Assembly (NCBI GenBank): GCA_958296135.2
Contig: CATQHZ020000001.1
Coordinates: 576,001 to 640,000, forward strand
DNA: 64,000 nt
Direction: 5' to 3'
DNA from: an uncultured Poribacteria bacterium
GTDB lineage: Bacteria; Poribacteria; WGA-4E; WGA-3G
The notes beneath the pieces are model-generated. The model worked only from the letters and a program-made list of their open reading frames with translations, was not told the DNA's origin and did no database searches. This document shows, piece after piece, positions 28,674-38,843 of the stretch (position 1 is the first letter of the stretch; every line of letters starts with the position of its first letter). Position numbers and translations under genes: made by a program.

Positions 28674-29549
28674 CTATCCGCGAAGGATGCTAAAATCCCG
28701 GTCTCGTGGGCGGCCGGAGAGATAGAGATTGTTGTCGGGATTTACCGCTTCGGAGCGGGCGAACGCGTCCGGTATGTCGATTTGCTCGGTGCGGCCCTCA
28801 AATTTATCGGCGGAAACGTAGATTTGCCGATAGGTCATCGGGTAACATACAGGCCCGGCAGTGACGATACACAGAATGCCTTGTTCTCGGAAGATGCGGT
28901 TGAGGTGCAGATGCCCACAGAAGCATGCCAAGATGTTGCGCTCAAACGGTGCGACGATTTCCATGACCTCGGCTGAATTCGCGACTCTCGAACCGATTCC
29001 TTGAAACTCCACTCCTGGAAAAAGGAGTTGATGCGAAAAGATGAAGACTTCTTCGCCGTTGTCCGAGGCGCATTTTAATTCGGATTCTAGCCACGCGAGT
29101 TGCACTGTGCCGATGTAACCGTGCGTCAGGTCTTCCGGTAGTTCCTGCGCGTCCAGCAGGATAAACCGAATCTGCTCATGGACGAAGCTGTGATACGTCC
29201 TGCCGTTGATGCCGAACAACGCGCGATAGGAGGCTTTAGCCCCGGTCTCCGGATCCAAGTCATGATTACCGGGGATGTAGTAACAGGGTGCCTTGAGCCG
29301 TTCGCTGTATCGCTTCGCGCGGTGTAGGGCGTATTCATATTCGTCCGCGGTCATGTCAAAGCTTTTGCCGCCGCAGACGATGTCGCCGCCATGAATGACG
29401 AACGCCGGGTCGAAGGCGTTCAGTTGTTCGATCAGCTGCTGATAGAGTTGGGGGCTCTCTTTCTGCCGTTGCAGCCCGCTGGCGAAGTTTTTCGGTGCAT
29501 TCAGATAGAGATGCGTGTCTGTAATAAATGCAAATTTAAAAAGTGTCAT
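28674..29549 (-). CDS. Calcineurin-like metallophosphoesterase
   Basis: DTH, GGD, GNHD, SH, GHLH motifs. Confidence 0.9.
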   Translation of the reverse strand: MTLFKFAFITDTHLYLNAPKNFASGLQRQKESPQLYQQLIEQLNAFDPAFVIHGGDIVCGGKSFDMTADEYEYALHRAKRYSERLKAPCYYIPGNHDLDPETGAKASYRALFGINGRTYHSFVHEQIRFILLDAQELPEDLTHGYIGTVQLAWLESELKCASDNGEEVFIFSHQLLFPGVEFQGIGSRVANSAEVMEIVAPFERNILACFCGHLHLNRIFREQGILCIVTAGPVCYPMTYRQIYVSADKFEGRTEQIDIPDAFARSEAVNPDNNLYLSGRPRDRDFSILRG

Positions 29550-29669
29550 TTCGTTTCTCGTTTCTGGGGTGCTGCGTCAAAATGCCCCGGTCTGTCGTTT
29601 GAGATTTCCCGTTCTCAACCCGAACGGAATCAGGCGATTCCGCTCTACGAGGGTGGGGTTCGCGCAGCC

Positions 29670-30407
29670 TTACCCCAATTTTTTTAGAATTACGATGTAG
29701 ACAGGTGCGTCCCCGTCAAGATAGCGTTCAACTTTCCAGCCGGTGCCGTGGAGAATCTCTTCCATCTCTGGTTTTGAGACGAACAGATAGTCAAACCACG
29801 GTGTCGCATACTGCCGGTATCGGACGCGGATGCGGATTTGCCCGCCCATCCGGCCCCGTTCTCGGTTCCACTGATGATAGGCGAGATGGCTCGGATCGGC
29901 TGTCGGATACGGATTCCGTGTTTCTGCGATGATTGTCGCGGTATCCGTTGTCAATGTAGTGAATCGCTTCAACAGCCATCGGGCTCGTTTGAAGTTGCTG
30001 CAAAGCCCGAAATTGCTGCCCATCATGAGGAGCGTGTCAAACGTGCCGAGGTTGGCACTGATGCGTGTAATCGGCATTACCTGTGCGTGCTTGAGCCCGC
30101 GGTGCTGACAGAGCTGGATGGCCATCGGCGAATTGTCGATGCCGAGCACTTCGTGTCCGCGTTCTTGAAGATAGAGGGCATGCCGTCCTGCCCCACTGCC
30201 GATATCCAAAACGCGGCCATTGGCGTATGCCATCGCGCGTTGCTGATGTTGCGGCCAGTCGGGATATTCAGCGAAATAGATTTGCGGATGCACCGGACTC
30301 GCCGTGATGAACCCATCCTCTCGCTCAACGATTTCCAGCGCGTCGGCCTTCCCGTCGTAATAATCGGCGATGAGGTGTCCGTAAGCGTCTTGGTTATCGG
30401 TTAGCAC
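29670..30407 (-). CDS. Class I SAM-dependent methyltransferase
   Basis: VLDIGSGAGRHALYLQ. Confidence 0.9.
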   Translation of the reverse strand: MLTDNQDAYGHLIADYYDGKADALEIVEREDGFITASPVHPQIYFAEYPDWPQHQQRAMAYANGRVLDIGSGAGRHALYLQERGHEVLGIDNSPMAIQLCQHRGLKHAQVMPITRISANLGTFDTLLMMGSNFGLCSNFKRARWLLKRFTTLTTDTATIIAETRNPYPTADPSHLAYHQWNRERGRMGGQIRIRVRYRQYATPWFDYLFVSKPEMEEILHGTGWKVERYLDGDAPVYIVILKKLG

Positions 30408-30416
30408 AGTTTGCTC

Positions 30417-31073
30417 CTAGCCCGTGATTTGCTTTGCGACGATAAACTTCAACAGCTGCACGATCTGTTCCGCCTCCAAGATACCGTGGTAAACCGGTGC
30501 GAATTCAGCCGCGAAGGTTGGTTTTTCGCTCTCCATCTCGCTGACGGTGCCGCGGACGAATGCCCATGTCTCATTGATTGTGTAGCACCCGAAGATTTCT
30601 TGTTCGGCGGCGGAGTCTTGTGCCGAGTTAATCCTGGCGGCGGCGAGCATTTCGCCGTAGAGTTGATAGAGCGGATCCGGTGCGTTCAGGCCACGCTTCG
30701 CCTCATGCACAATGAGATAAGGCGGACGAATTCTCCCGCCGGTAGCAGGAGCAAGGGCCCCATCTACCTCTCCCTCCAACACAAACGCCGGGTAAGCGGC
30801 TTTCAGTGGCACGCCGCTCCACGCGCTGACACGCCCCTGTTCCGCCAGCATCAAGATGGGATAAATCGCGCGGGACCAGAGGGTAGCCTCGTTCATCACA
30901 ACGATGTGACGGTGATGCAGGGTTGATTTGATATCCTCAAGCCGGCGGTGTTCATCGTCAGTGAGAGCTATCTGTCTACTCTGCCACTCCTCCAAAGCAC
31001 CGTCTTCTTCGTCAAGTGTGACGAGTGCATGAATTACCTCTTCCGTAAGTTGTGAGAATGTATATGTGCACAT
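30417..31073 (-). CDS. Conserved hypothetical protein, probable PD-(D/E)xK fold
   Basis: NEATL..IYPIL, GEVDG..VHEAKR..QLYGEMLAA..GCYT..WAF. Confidence 0.7.
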   Translation of the reverse strand: MCTYTFSQLTEEVIHALVTLDEEDGALEEWQSRQIALTDDEHRRLEDIKSTLHHRHIVVMNEATLWSRAIYPILMLAEQGRVSAWSGVPLKAAYPAFVLEGEVDGALAPATGGRIRPPYLIVHEAKRGLNAPDPLYQLYGEMLAAARINSAQDSAAEQEIFGCYTINETWAFVRGTVSEMESEKPTFAAEFAPVYHGILEAEQIVQLLKFIVAKQITG

Positions 31074-31088
31074 TGTTCAGAACCTCCA

Positions 31089-32453
31089 TTACGAGGATTT
31101 GACATACCCCGTCGTGCCGTTGGGATTCACCCATTTCGTCTCCCAATGCGTCTCAATGCCTTCGCGCCACGTTTGCGCTGCTTTCGTTAACTCTGCTGTG
31201 AGTTCCGGATGCACCGATTTCAGATTCTCTGTTTCACCCATGTCGGTTTCCAAGTCGGCGAGATGGACATCGTCTTCGGGCGGCGCGCTTTCTACTAACT
31301 GCCCATTTAGCACCAACTTCCATTTGCCTCTACGAACAGCTGTCTGTTTTCCCATTTCCCAGAAGAGTTCCTCGTGTGGCGTTGACACGTCGTTGGTGTC
31401 CATGGGGGCAACCATGGGGAGGACATCCACCCCATCAAGTTCGTACTCCGCCGCATTTCCGCCTGCGGCGTTCAGGAACGTCGGGAACACGTCCATCGCT
31501 GCGCCGACTTCGCTGCTAACTTGGCCGGCGGGAATTTTTTCGGGCCAGTGCATGATGCCAGGCGAACGGATGCCGCCTTCATAGAGGCTGAATTTATGTC
31601 CTTTCAGTTTACCGGCGGTGCCGCCGTAGTAAGGTTCTTGCGTGCCATCGAGCCAATTTCGGGTTTCCCGCGAGGGCCCGTTATCACTCTGGAAATAGGA
31701 GAAGGTGTTTTCTGCGAGCCCTTGCCGTTCCAATTCTGCAAAGATTTCGCCGATGCTATCGTCAACTGCGCTGAGCATCGCCGCCATTATCTGTCTATCC
31801 CACGGCAGGTTTGGAAACCGGTCGACATATTTCTGCGGCGCGTGCATCGGATAATGCGGCGCGTTGTAAGGCACATAGAGGAAAAACGGTTTGCCGAGTG
31901 CCACCGCCTTGCGGATGTATCGCACCGCATATTCGGTGATGAGTTCTGTGAAGTATTCGCCGTTCCGGTAAATCTCTTCACCGTTTTCCCAGAGATCGTG
32001 CGTCTGATCGATGCCTTTCTGTCCGAGTCCCCAGTAAAAGATGTGCGAGAAGAAATCGATGCATCCCGCCATGAACCCGAACCAGTCGTCAAATCCGTGG
32101 TCCTCCGGACGCGAGCCTTTTGCGAGGCCTAAGTGCCATTTGCCGGACATGGCGGTGTAGTAGCCGCGTTGTTTGAGCGCGGTTGCGAGCGTCGGCACGG
32201 AAGGCGGTAACCCTGTCGCCGTGCGATGGCCGGCGAGAATGGCGCGTACCCCGGCATGGCACGGATACCGTCCTGTCAGCAGTGCGGCGCGGGAAGGCGA
32301 GCAGACCGGGGAGTTGGAATACCAGTCCGTGAAGCGGGTTCCTTCGGCTGCCATTCTGTCCAAGTGTGGCGTTTTGAAATCGGGCGCGCCCATGCAGGAG
32401 AGATCGCCGTAACCCTGGTCGTCTGTCAAAAAGATGATGAAGTTCGGTTGCAT
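31089..32453 (-). CDS. Sulfatase (Cys-type)
   Basis: [35 protein letters not shown]. Confidence 0.95.
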   Translation of the reverse strand: MQPNFIIFLTDDQGYGDLSCMGAPDFKTPHLDRMAAEGTRFTDWYSNSPVCSPSRAALLTGRYPCHAGVRAILAGHRTATGLPPSVPTLATALKQRGYYTAMSGKWHLGLAKGSRPEDHGFDDWFGFMAGCIDFFSHIFYWGLGQKGIDQTHDLWENGEEIYRNGEYFTELITEYAVRYIRKAVALGKPFFLYVPYNAPHYPMHAPQKYVDRFPNLPWDRQIMAAMLSAVDDSIGEIFAELERQGLAENTFSYFQSDNGPSRETRNWLDGTQEPYYGGTAGKLKGHKFSLYEGGIRSPGIMHWPEKIPAGQVSSEVGAAMDVFPTFLNAAGGNAAEYELDGVDVLPMVAPMDTNDVSTPHEELFWEMGKQTAVRRGKWKLVLNGQLVESAPPEDDVHLADLETDMGETENLKSVHPELTAELTKAAQTWREGIETHWETKWVNPNGTTGYVKSS

Positions 32454-32546
32454 TTTTTCCTCTTCTGTTACGAGCCATGCACGGCGAGGGAGAGCCCTTC
32501 GCCCTACGGTAGGGATAACGTCACTCTCGCACGGGCGGATTCGGGA

Positions 32547-34088
32547 CTATTTCTTCCAAAAACGCCTGTCTAGGCTCCGATATTGGATTGCTTCGGAGAC
32601 ATGCACGGCTTCAATATCGGGGCTTTGCTCCAGGTCTGCAATGGTGCGCGAGACCTTCAAGATTCTGTCGTAAGCGCGTGCACTGAGCCCTAACTGATTA
32701 ATAGCGACGCGGAGCAAATCCTGCGCCTGTTCGTCGACGTGGCAATACTCGCGAATCTGCTTGGATTCCATATCGGCGTTGGCGTGAATCTTCGGGTTGT
32801 TCTCAAACCGGCGGTGCTGCGTTTGACGCGCCGCTTCAACGCGTTCGCGAACGTTCTCCGACGGTTCTCCTGTTGTCTCAGCGGCGAGTTCGGCATACTT
32901 CACGGCTGGCACCTCAGCTTGTATGTCAATTCTATCTAACAGGGGTCCGGAGATGCGCGAGACGTAACTCTGGATTTGGTTTTGTGTGCATTTGCAGTTT
33001 CGGCTCGGGTCGCCGAAGAAGCCGCAGGGGCATGGGTTCATCGCGGCGACGAGCATGAAGTTGGCGGGATACGTGAGCGATGCGGCGGCGCGCGAGATAG
33101 TGACGTGTCCATCTTCCAAGGGTTGCCGCATGACTTCCAGCACGTTTCTGCGAAATTCGGGGAGTTCGTCTAAAAAAAGCACGCCGTTATGCGCGAGGCT
33201 CACTTCTCCGGGACGCGGCACCTGTCCACCGCCGATGAGCCCGGCATCCGAAATCGTGTGATGCGGTGAACGATAGGGACGCGTCACAACCAACGGGGTG
33301 TCACTAGGTAAAATGCCGACGATGCTCTGAATCTTCGTGGTTTCCAAGGATTCATCCATGGACAACTTCGGCAGCAGCGAGGGGATGCGCTTCGCAATCA
33401 TCGTTTTGCCGGAGCCGGGCGGGCCGATCATTATCAGGTTATGTCCACCGGCGGCAGCGACTTCAATGGCGCGCTTGACATGCTCTTGTCCTTTCACATC
33501 GGCAAGATCGAGCGTGGTTTGGGGTATTCTCTCTTGTGCTTCTGCCGCAAGCGTGTAAGGTTCCGGTGCTATCTCTTTGGTTCCGTTGAGGAATGCTGCG
33601 GCTTCAGCCAAATGCGCGACAGGATAGACGTTCAGTTCCGCAACGATAGCGGCCTCCTTTGCGTTCTCAGCGGGGATGATGATGTCCTGTATCCCGTTCT
33701 CTTTTGCGGCGATTGCCATGGGGAGGCAGCCCTGTATGCTCCGAATGCTTCCATCAAGTGCGAGTTCACCGAGGATCATGGCGTTTTCAAGGCGTTCGCC
33801 AGCTATCTGATTCGTGGCGGCGAGCAGCCCGATGGCAATGGGCACGTCAAACGCGGACCCGGCTTTTCGGATGTCGGCAGGCGCGAGGTTGGCGGTGATG
33901 CGCCCCGGTGGAAAGTAGAAGCCGGCGTTTTTAATCGCCGCCGTAACCCGGTCTTTGCTCTCGCGGATGGCACTGTCGGGCAATCCGACGGTGCTGAAGG
34001 CGGGGAGGCCGTCTGCGACATCCACCTCGACTTTGACGATATAGGCATCAATTCCTAGCATTGCGCTGCTGAGGACTCTTGCAAGCAT
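32547..34088 (-). CDS. comM: ComM/YifB Mg-chelatase-like AAA+ ATPase
   Basis: VGLPD, GPPGSGKT, PHHT, AHNGVLFLDE, NPCPCG, LSARAY. Confidence 0.93.
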   Translation of the reverse strand: MLARVLSSAMLGIDAYIVKVEVDVADGLPAFSTVGLPDSAIRESKDRVTAAIKNAGFYFPPGRITANLAPADIRKAGSAFDVPIAIGLLAATNQIAGERLENAMILGELALDGSIRSIQGCLPMAIAAKENGIQDIIIPAENAKEAAIVAELNVYPVAHLAEAAAFLNGTKEIAPEPYTLAAEAQERIPQTTLDLADVKGQEHVKRAIEVAAAGGHNLIMIGPPGSGKTMIAKRIPSLLPKLSMDESLETTKIQSIVGILPSDTPLVVTRPYRSPHHTISDAGLIGGGQVPRPGEVSLAHNGVLFLDELPEFRRNVLEVMRQPLEDGHVTISRAAASLTYPANFMLVAAMNPCPCGFFGDPSRNCKCTQNQIQSYVSRISGPLLDRIDIQAEVPAVKYAELAAETTGEPSENVRERVEAARQTQHRRFENNPKIHANADMESKQIREYCHVDEQAQDLLRVAINQLGLSARAYDRILKVSRTIADLEQSPDIEAVHVSEAIQYRSLDRRFWKK

Positions 34089-34204
34089 ACCTGTTTTCCT
34101 TCGGAGCAAGCTGCGATGCTCCTGAAACGGGTTAATTTTCCTGGATAAAAACGTGTATCTATTATACCGTATGAGTAGAATAGAATGCAACTAGAAATTT
34201 TCTC

Positions 34205-34395
34205 CGGTAGGCGGGACATCCCTGTCCCGATATGAAACGCATCGAGACGCGGGAGGGCGCGCCTACCAAGAATCGAGACCAGGGGGCGCGCCTACCAAGA
34301 ATCGAGACCAGAGGTCTCTCCTACCGGGGCATCGAGACGCAGGAGGGCTCTCCTACCGGGGCATCGAGACGCGGGAGGACGCGTCTATCGGGGCG
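34205..34395. repeat. GTAG-REP cluster (atcgagac...cctac tandem units)
   Basis: Five atcgagac-headed units plus one gtaggcgggacatccctgtcccga. Confidence 0.85.
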
Positions 34396-34420
34396 GCATA
34401 ATTGGCGTTGTCATTTGGCA

Positions 34421-36136
34421 TTAGAGTTCAACTGCCAGCTGCGTGCCTTTAAAATGCCGCGCCGATTTTGGCCGTGACTCGATCTGCCACGGTAACTTCA
34501 CCAACTGGTTCAACGCTGCTGGATTCTCAAAATAGGCATCGTCTATCTGCCAGAATTGCAGACGCGGATACCGCTGTCCGTTATGCTCTATCGTGCCCTC
34601 CTTGTCCTGCACATCGCGCATCCCCTTGGTAATCGGGTGCAGGGTGATGAACACGCCGAACGCCGCATCGTTGTGATGCATCGCCGCACAGAACGCACGC
34701 ACATCCGCTTTCGCCGGTTTCCGTCCCGCTTTCACCTCCGCGATGACTTTCAACTGCGTCGCTCCCTCCTTGAAGTGCCGGTTCTCCCAGACACCCACGG
34801 TGCCAGTGCCGTCAAATCCGCCATCGCCGGAGTCCGGTGTCGGTTCTAGTCCGAGCCTTGTGACGGCCCAGTTGGCGAAGTCGTGATACCGCCGGTTGTG
34901 ATTCGCGAGCGTCACGGCTTCTTGGACATTGGTGGGATACCCGAAGATTTCATAGTCCACCGAGGGAAGCAGCCCGTGCCGCTCCTTGAGTCTTCGCTGC
35001 ACCGGATCCAACGCAAGGATAGTGAGATCGATGCCGATCCAACGTCGGTTGAGGGTTTCGGCGGCATCGAGGGTTGTGCCGCCGCCACAGAAGGGATCGA
35101 GAACAATGTCGCCTTCGTTAGAGGAGGCTTTAAGGAGTCGTTCCAAGAGCGCGAGCGGCTTCTGCGTGCCGTACCCCATTTTCTCTTTCGCGTTGCCTGC
35201 AATAGGATTGATGTCCAGAATCATATCCTGCACGCGAATCCCTTTTGATGTGGATAAATATCGCTTAAACCTCGGTTTTTCGCCAGTCGGTGGCCAATGA
35301 ATTAATCCGTTTGCGTTCAACACCTCCAGTTTTTCGTGGACGGAGAGGGATTCATAATTATCGGGTGGCACAACGCTTTCTGGCCAGGCATTTCGGCGAG
35401 GCGCGCTCCAGTGTCTGCCAACGAGGCTTGGGTTGACACCGCGCCACGGTTGCCCAGATTCACCGGTTTGCGTCACTCCGGCCCCGGTGAGCTCAATGAG
35501 ACGATAGGGGCCTTTTTCGTCTTCATGCCGATAAGCCTTTTTAACGTATTGGACATCGTGCTGTGTATAGACGGGATTCCAGACGTATTTGCTGCTCTTG
35601 GTATAAAACAGAATGGTGTCGTGAATCCTCCCGTATTTCCCGCTGCCACTATGCGCGCTGGTGCGTTTCCAGACAATTTCGTTCCGGAAATGCTGACTGA
35701 TGAAAATCGCATCAAGGCACCCTTTGAGGTAGTGGGATGCCGTTGTATCGCAGTGGAGATAGAACGAGCCGTTCTCTTTCAACACGCGATGCACTTCGGC
35801 GAGGCGCGGCCCCATAAAAGCGAGATAGGCGCGCATTTCGCCATCAGCACCAGTAGTTGCATGCTGAAGAACGCTGTCATATCCTTGAAGGCACTTGTTG
35901 AGTCGTTGATAGGTTTCGGTGTTTTGTTCTTGGACAAAGGCGCGTGCTTCTCTAGCTGCATCGTCCCATCGCCAGATATCGGTGAACGCTTTTTTCTGGG
36001 CTTGGGAGTTTGGCAGAAAGATGTTATAGTCGCGTCCGCTGTTGAAGGGCGGGTCCGCGTAGCCGCAGTCTACGGAATTGTCAGGAAATTCGCGTAGAAT
36101 TTGTAAGTTATCGCCAAAGTAGATGCTATTTTTCAT
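34421..36136 (-). CDS. DNA methyltransferase (beta class) with C-terminal Mrr-like domain; alternative TTG start at 36190
   Basis: DPPF, GYGTQKP, DPFCGGGT; DGGFDG..EVKA; long central target-recognition region. Confidence 0.92.
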   Translation of the reverse strand: MKNSIYFGDNLQILREFPDNSVDCGYADPPFNSGRDYNIFLPNSQAQKKAFTDIWRWDDAAREARAFVQEQNTETYQRLNKCLQGYDSVLQHATTGADGEMRAYLAFMGPRLAEVHRVLKENGSFYLHCDTTASHYLKGCLDAIFISQHFRNEIVWKRTSAHSGSGKYGRIHDTILFYTKSSKYVWNPVYTQHDVQYVKKAYRHEDEKGPYRLIELTGAGVTQTGESGQPWRGVNPSLVGRHWSAPRRNAWPESVVPPDNYESLSVHEKLEVLNANGLIHWPPTGEKPRFKRYLSTSKGIRVQDMILDINPIAGNAKEKMGYGTQKPLALLERLLKASSNEGDIVLDPFCGGGTTLDAAETLNRRWIGIDLTILALDPVQRRLKERHGLLPSVDYEIFGYPTNVQEAVTLANHNRRYHDFANWAVTRLGLEPTPDSGDGGFDGTGTVGVWENRHFKEGATQLKVIAEVKAGRKPAKADVRAFCAAMHHNDAAFGVFITLHPITKGMRDVQDKEGTIEHNGQRYPRLQFWQIDDAYFENPAALNQLVKLPWQIESRPKSARHFKGTQLAVEL

Positions 36137-36155
36137 TTTTTTGTTGTTTTTTGTT

Positions 36156-36251
36156 GTTCGCGTGGCGTTCGTTAACGGCTGTCGGTGCAATAACGTGCTT
36201 CTCCGTAGAGTCGTCATCGCCGTTGGCGATGCCTACGTTCTCGGGGCTAAT
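36156..36251 (-). repeat. AAC-loop hairpin/leader element, copy A
   Basis: Ungapped 96-bp alignment to 55496-55591 (25 mismatches by eye); hairpin catcgcc-aac-ggcgatg. Confidence 0.85.
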
Positions 36252-36373
36252 TTTTGCGCGCTGGGTTCATCTGAACGGCATCGTCTCATTTGGCATTATA
36301 CCAAATTGCGGGAGATTTTTTCAAGTCCTGAACGATCCAGTTTTCCGTTTTTGATGTCCACCCGAATCTGTTT

Positions 36374-37399
36374 CTACGCAATCCTTGTATCGCCAGTCAA
36401 TTTATGCAACGCCTGCAGCTGCTCTCTATCGGCGATGACGAAGAGCGCGTCGCCGATTTCCAACTTCCGATTATACAGAGGATTATAGATAAAGGTGCCT
36501 TCTCGACTTCGGATGGCGATGACGACGAGGCCGCTCTGCTGCCGAACGCGGGCATCGGCGAGCGTCAGCCCGGCGAGCGCGGAATGTTCCTGAATTATGG
36601 ATTCGGTAAATCGCGTTCGCTGGTGGTTTTGGGTGATATTTGTGAAGAAATCGACGAGCTGCGGGTGGAGGAGGCCGGAGGCGAGGCGGATGCCGCCGAT
36701 CTGGTCTGGCAGGACGACTTCATCGGCACCGGCGGTGATGAGTTTCGCGGGCGAATTACTCTCAACCGCCTTGGAGGCAATGCGGAGCTGCGGGTTTATT
36801 TTTCTCGCGGAGATGACGACGAAAAGATTATCCTGGTCTCGGCTGAGACAGGTGACGAGCCCGCGGGCTCTTTGGATGCCTGCGCGCGTGAGCACCTCGT
36901 CATCGGTTGCATCGCCGTGGATGTAGAGGAACTTGCGGGTATCGGCGAGATGGAGGAGGCGTTCTTCCTCCAGGTCGATGCCGACAAAGGGCTCTTCGGC
37001 CTTGAGCATTTCGTCAAGCACATGGACACCTGTATCACCGATGCCACAAAGGATATAGTGGTTTGACAATTTATCGACAGTGCGCACGAGTTTTCTCAAG
37101 CGGAAGAAGTTTTGGAGTTGGCCTTCAATGAAAAAGGCGGTGGCGATACTGACGCTATAGGTAAAGACACCAAACCCGCCGATGAGCAGACACAAGGTGA
37201 AGACGCGTCCCTCATCGCTCATATCCAAGTGGCTATACCCCACGGTTGTTAAGGTAATAACGGTCATCCAGACTGCGTCTAGGAGCGTCCATGAACGCTC
37301 CGGGTTATCTCTTTCGAGAACGGTATACCCGATTGTTCCAGTGAGGAGCAGGCTGACTAGCAGTGTGAAAGCGATGATGATTTTGCGGTGGTAGTTCAT
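36374..37399 (-). CDS. MthK-like potassium channel with RCK (TrkA-N/TrkA-C) domains
   Basis: TM-pore-TM with TLTTVGYS; HYILCGIGDTG; GDAT; upstream ORF extension is REP DNA. Confidence 0.9.
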   Translation of the reverse strand: MNYHRKIIIAFTLLVSLLLTGTIGYTVLERDNPERSWTLLDAVWMTVITLTTVGYSHLDMSDEGRVFTLCLLIGGFGVFTYSVSIATAFFIEGQLQNFFRLRKLVRTVDKLSNHYILCGIGDTGVHVLDEMLKAEEPFVGIDLEEERLLHLADTRKFLYIHGDATDDEVLTRAGIQRARGLVTCLSRDQDNLFVVISARKINPQLRIASKAVESNSPAKLITAGADEVVLPDQIGGIRLASGLLHPQLVDFFTNITQNHQRTRFTESIIQEHSALAGLTLADARVRQQSGLVVIAIRSREGTFIYNPLYNRKLEIGDALFVIADREQLQALHKLTGDTRIA

Positions 37400-37407
37400 A
37401 TTCTGGA

Positions 37408-38052
37408 ACGACCGGGGCATAGCGGGGGCCAGGGCTGCTGCCGCTGGGCCTGTCCCTCGCGAGTTGGAAGTCCGTAGGGCGAGGGCCCGGCGATCACGAA
37501 TCGCCGAGGGTTCCCCTCGCGAGGCTGTCCCGAAGACCGGGCATGGCGGGGGACAGGCCCCCGCCCTACGGTAAAGGAAAAAGACATGGCGGGGGCCAAG
37601 GCTGCTGCCGCTGGGCCTGTCCCTCGCGAGGCTGTCCCGAAGACCTGGGCATAGCGGGGGACAGGCCCCCGCCGCTGAGCCCGTAGCGCGAGGGCCTGTC
37701 CCTCGCGAGGCTGTCCCTCGCGAGGCTGTCCCGAAGACCTGGGCATGGCGGGGGACAGGCCCCCGCCCTACGGTAACTGAAAAATGCACCGCAGCGCGAG
37801 GGAAAACCTGTCCTTCGCGAGGCTCTCCCGAAGACCGGGCATGGCGGGGGACAGGCCCCCGCCCTACGGTAACTGAAAAATGCACCGCAGCGCGAGGGAA
37901 AACCTGTCCTTCGCGAGGCTCTCCCGAAGACCGGGGCATGGCGGGGGACAGGCCCCCGCCCTACGGTAAAGGAAAAATGCATGCCGGGGGACAGGCCCCC
38001 GCCCTACGGTAAAGGAAAAATGCATGCCGGGGGACAGGCCCCCGCCCTACGG
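37408..38052. repeat. Large composite REP cluster (BIME-like)
   Basis: Many copies of ggcgggggacaggcccccgccctacgg and tcgcgaggctgtcccgaagacc. Confidence 0.9.
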
Positions 38053-38058
38053 GGGAGG

Positions 38059-38406
38059 TTATTCTTCCTCTTCCGAATCCGCTGTTTGTTCATCATCAGA
38101 AGCGGCTGCTTCTGTCGCAGCCTGCTGCGCACTAACAAGGCGGACGTAACCTATCCGCAGTTCATAGAGAGAATTTGCCAAGAAGTTCGCTTCGGGGGCG
38201 ATGAGGTTGCCCTTCGTCTTCTCCTCAAGCAATTCTAGGCTATCGATAATCCGCTTGACGAGCGGTAGACTGACGACAACCTCGTCTGTCTCGGGGTTGT
38301 GGACACCCTCCATGTAGAGTTGCGCCGTGGTCACCAGGTCATTGACAAACGTGATAAAGTTCATCGGTGGGAGTGCGTTTATATTTTCATCGGTGGGTGT
38401 ATCCAT
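38059..38406 (-). CDS. DUF1844-family protein
   Basis: F.TFV..L..A..YM..NP..L...K..ID.L..LEEKTKGNL..E...L...LYELR..YV; AGGAGGA RBS. Confidence 0.82.
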   Translation of the reverse strand: MDTPTDENINALPPMNFITFVNDLVTTAQLYMEGVHNPETDEVVVSLPLVKRIIDSLELLEEKTKGNLIAPEANFLANSLYELRIGYVRLVSAQQAATEAAASDDEQTADSEEEE

Positions 38407-38419
38407 GCGATGCTCCTCC

Positions 38420-38791
38420 TTAGTCGTGATCAAAGATGATGATTTGCGCGAGTAAACTGCCGGCTTGGTTGTTGTGATGCGGGGTTTCGTTCATGGCGAG
38501 GAAGATAACGCCATCGGCGGGTGCAGGGTTGTCGTAACGCGAGCCGACAGCGAACACGGTATCTCCGATTCTCGCGATGAGGGCCCCGATATTAGTGCCG
38601 GGGAGCAGATAGGCGGCACTGCCGGGCGTATTCGCGATGCCGTCGCCGCCGCACCAGCCGATCCGATTTTGTAAGTCGGGCGACCAGGCGCCTTCTGCGT
38701 CAATAACGAGCCGTTGTCCTTTTTTCACCCGCACGTAACTCTCCTGCCAGATGGGGCTTGGGCGCGCGGTGCGGATAATTGTTAATGCCAT
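38420..38791 (-). CDS. Small beta-sandwich protein, LecA/PA-IL-like
   Basis: WQES..V..G..L.I.A.G.WS..GALIARIG..F.VG..G.IFLAMNE..NN.GSL pattern. Confidence 0.6.
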   Translation of the reverse strand: MALTIIRTARPSPIWQESYVRVKKGQRLVIDAEGAWSPDLQNRIGWCGGDGIANTPGSAAYLLPGTNIGALIARIGDTVFAVGSRYDNPAPADGVIFLAMNETPHHNNQAGSLLAQIIIFDHD

Positions 38792-38843
38792 GATGTTTCT
38801 CCTTTTCGTTTAGGTAGGCGCGCTTGTAAAGCGCGCCTTTCGG

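Noticed and set aside
36156-36251. DGR-type relationship, or pyrrolysine read-through of the conserved TAG, between AAC elements A and B
   Set aside because: Mismatches are split between A and T positions; the TAG is part of the GTAG motif and lies upstream of the RBS; no pyl genes seen.
37400-37939. N-terminal 180-aa extension of the potassium channel and overlapping ORFs
   Set aside because: Translation of REP repeats; the real start is MNYH at 37399. The same applies to ORF extensions at 15209, 21310 and 28614.
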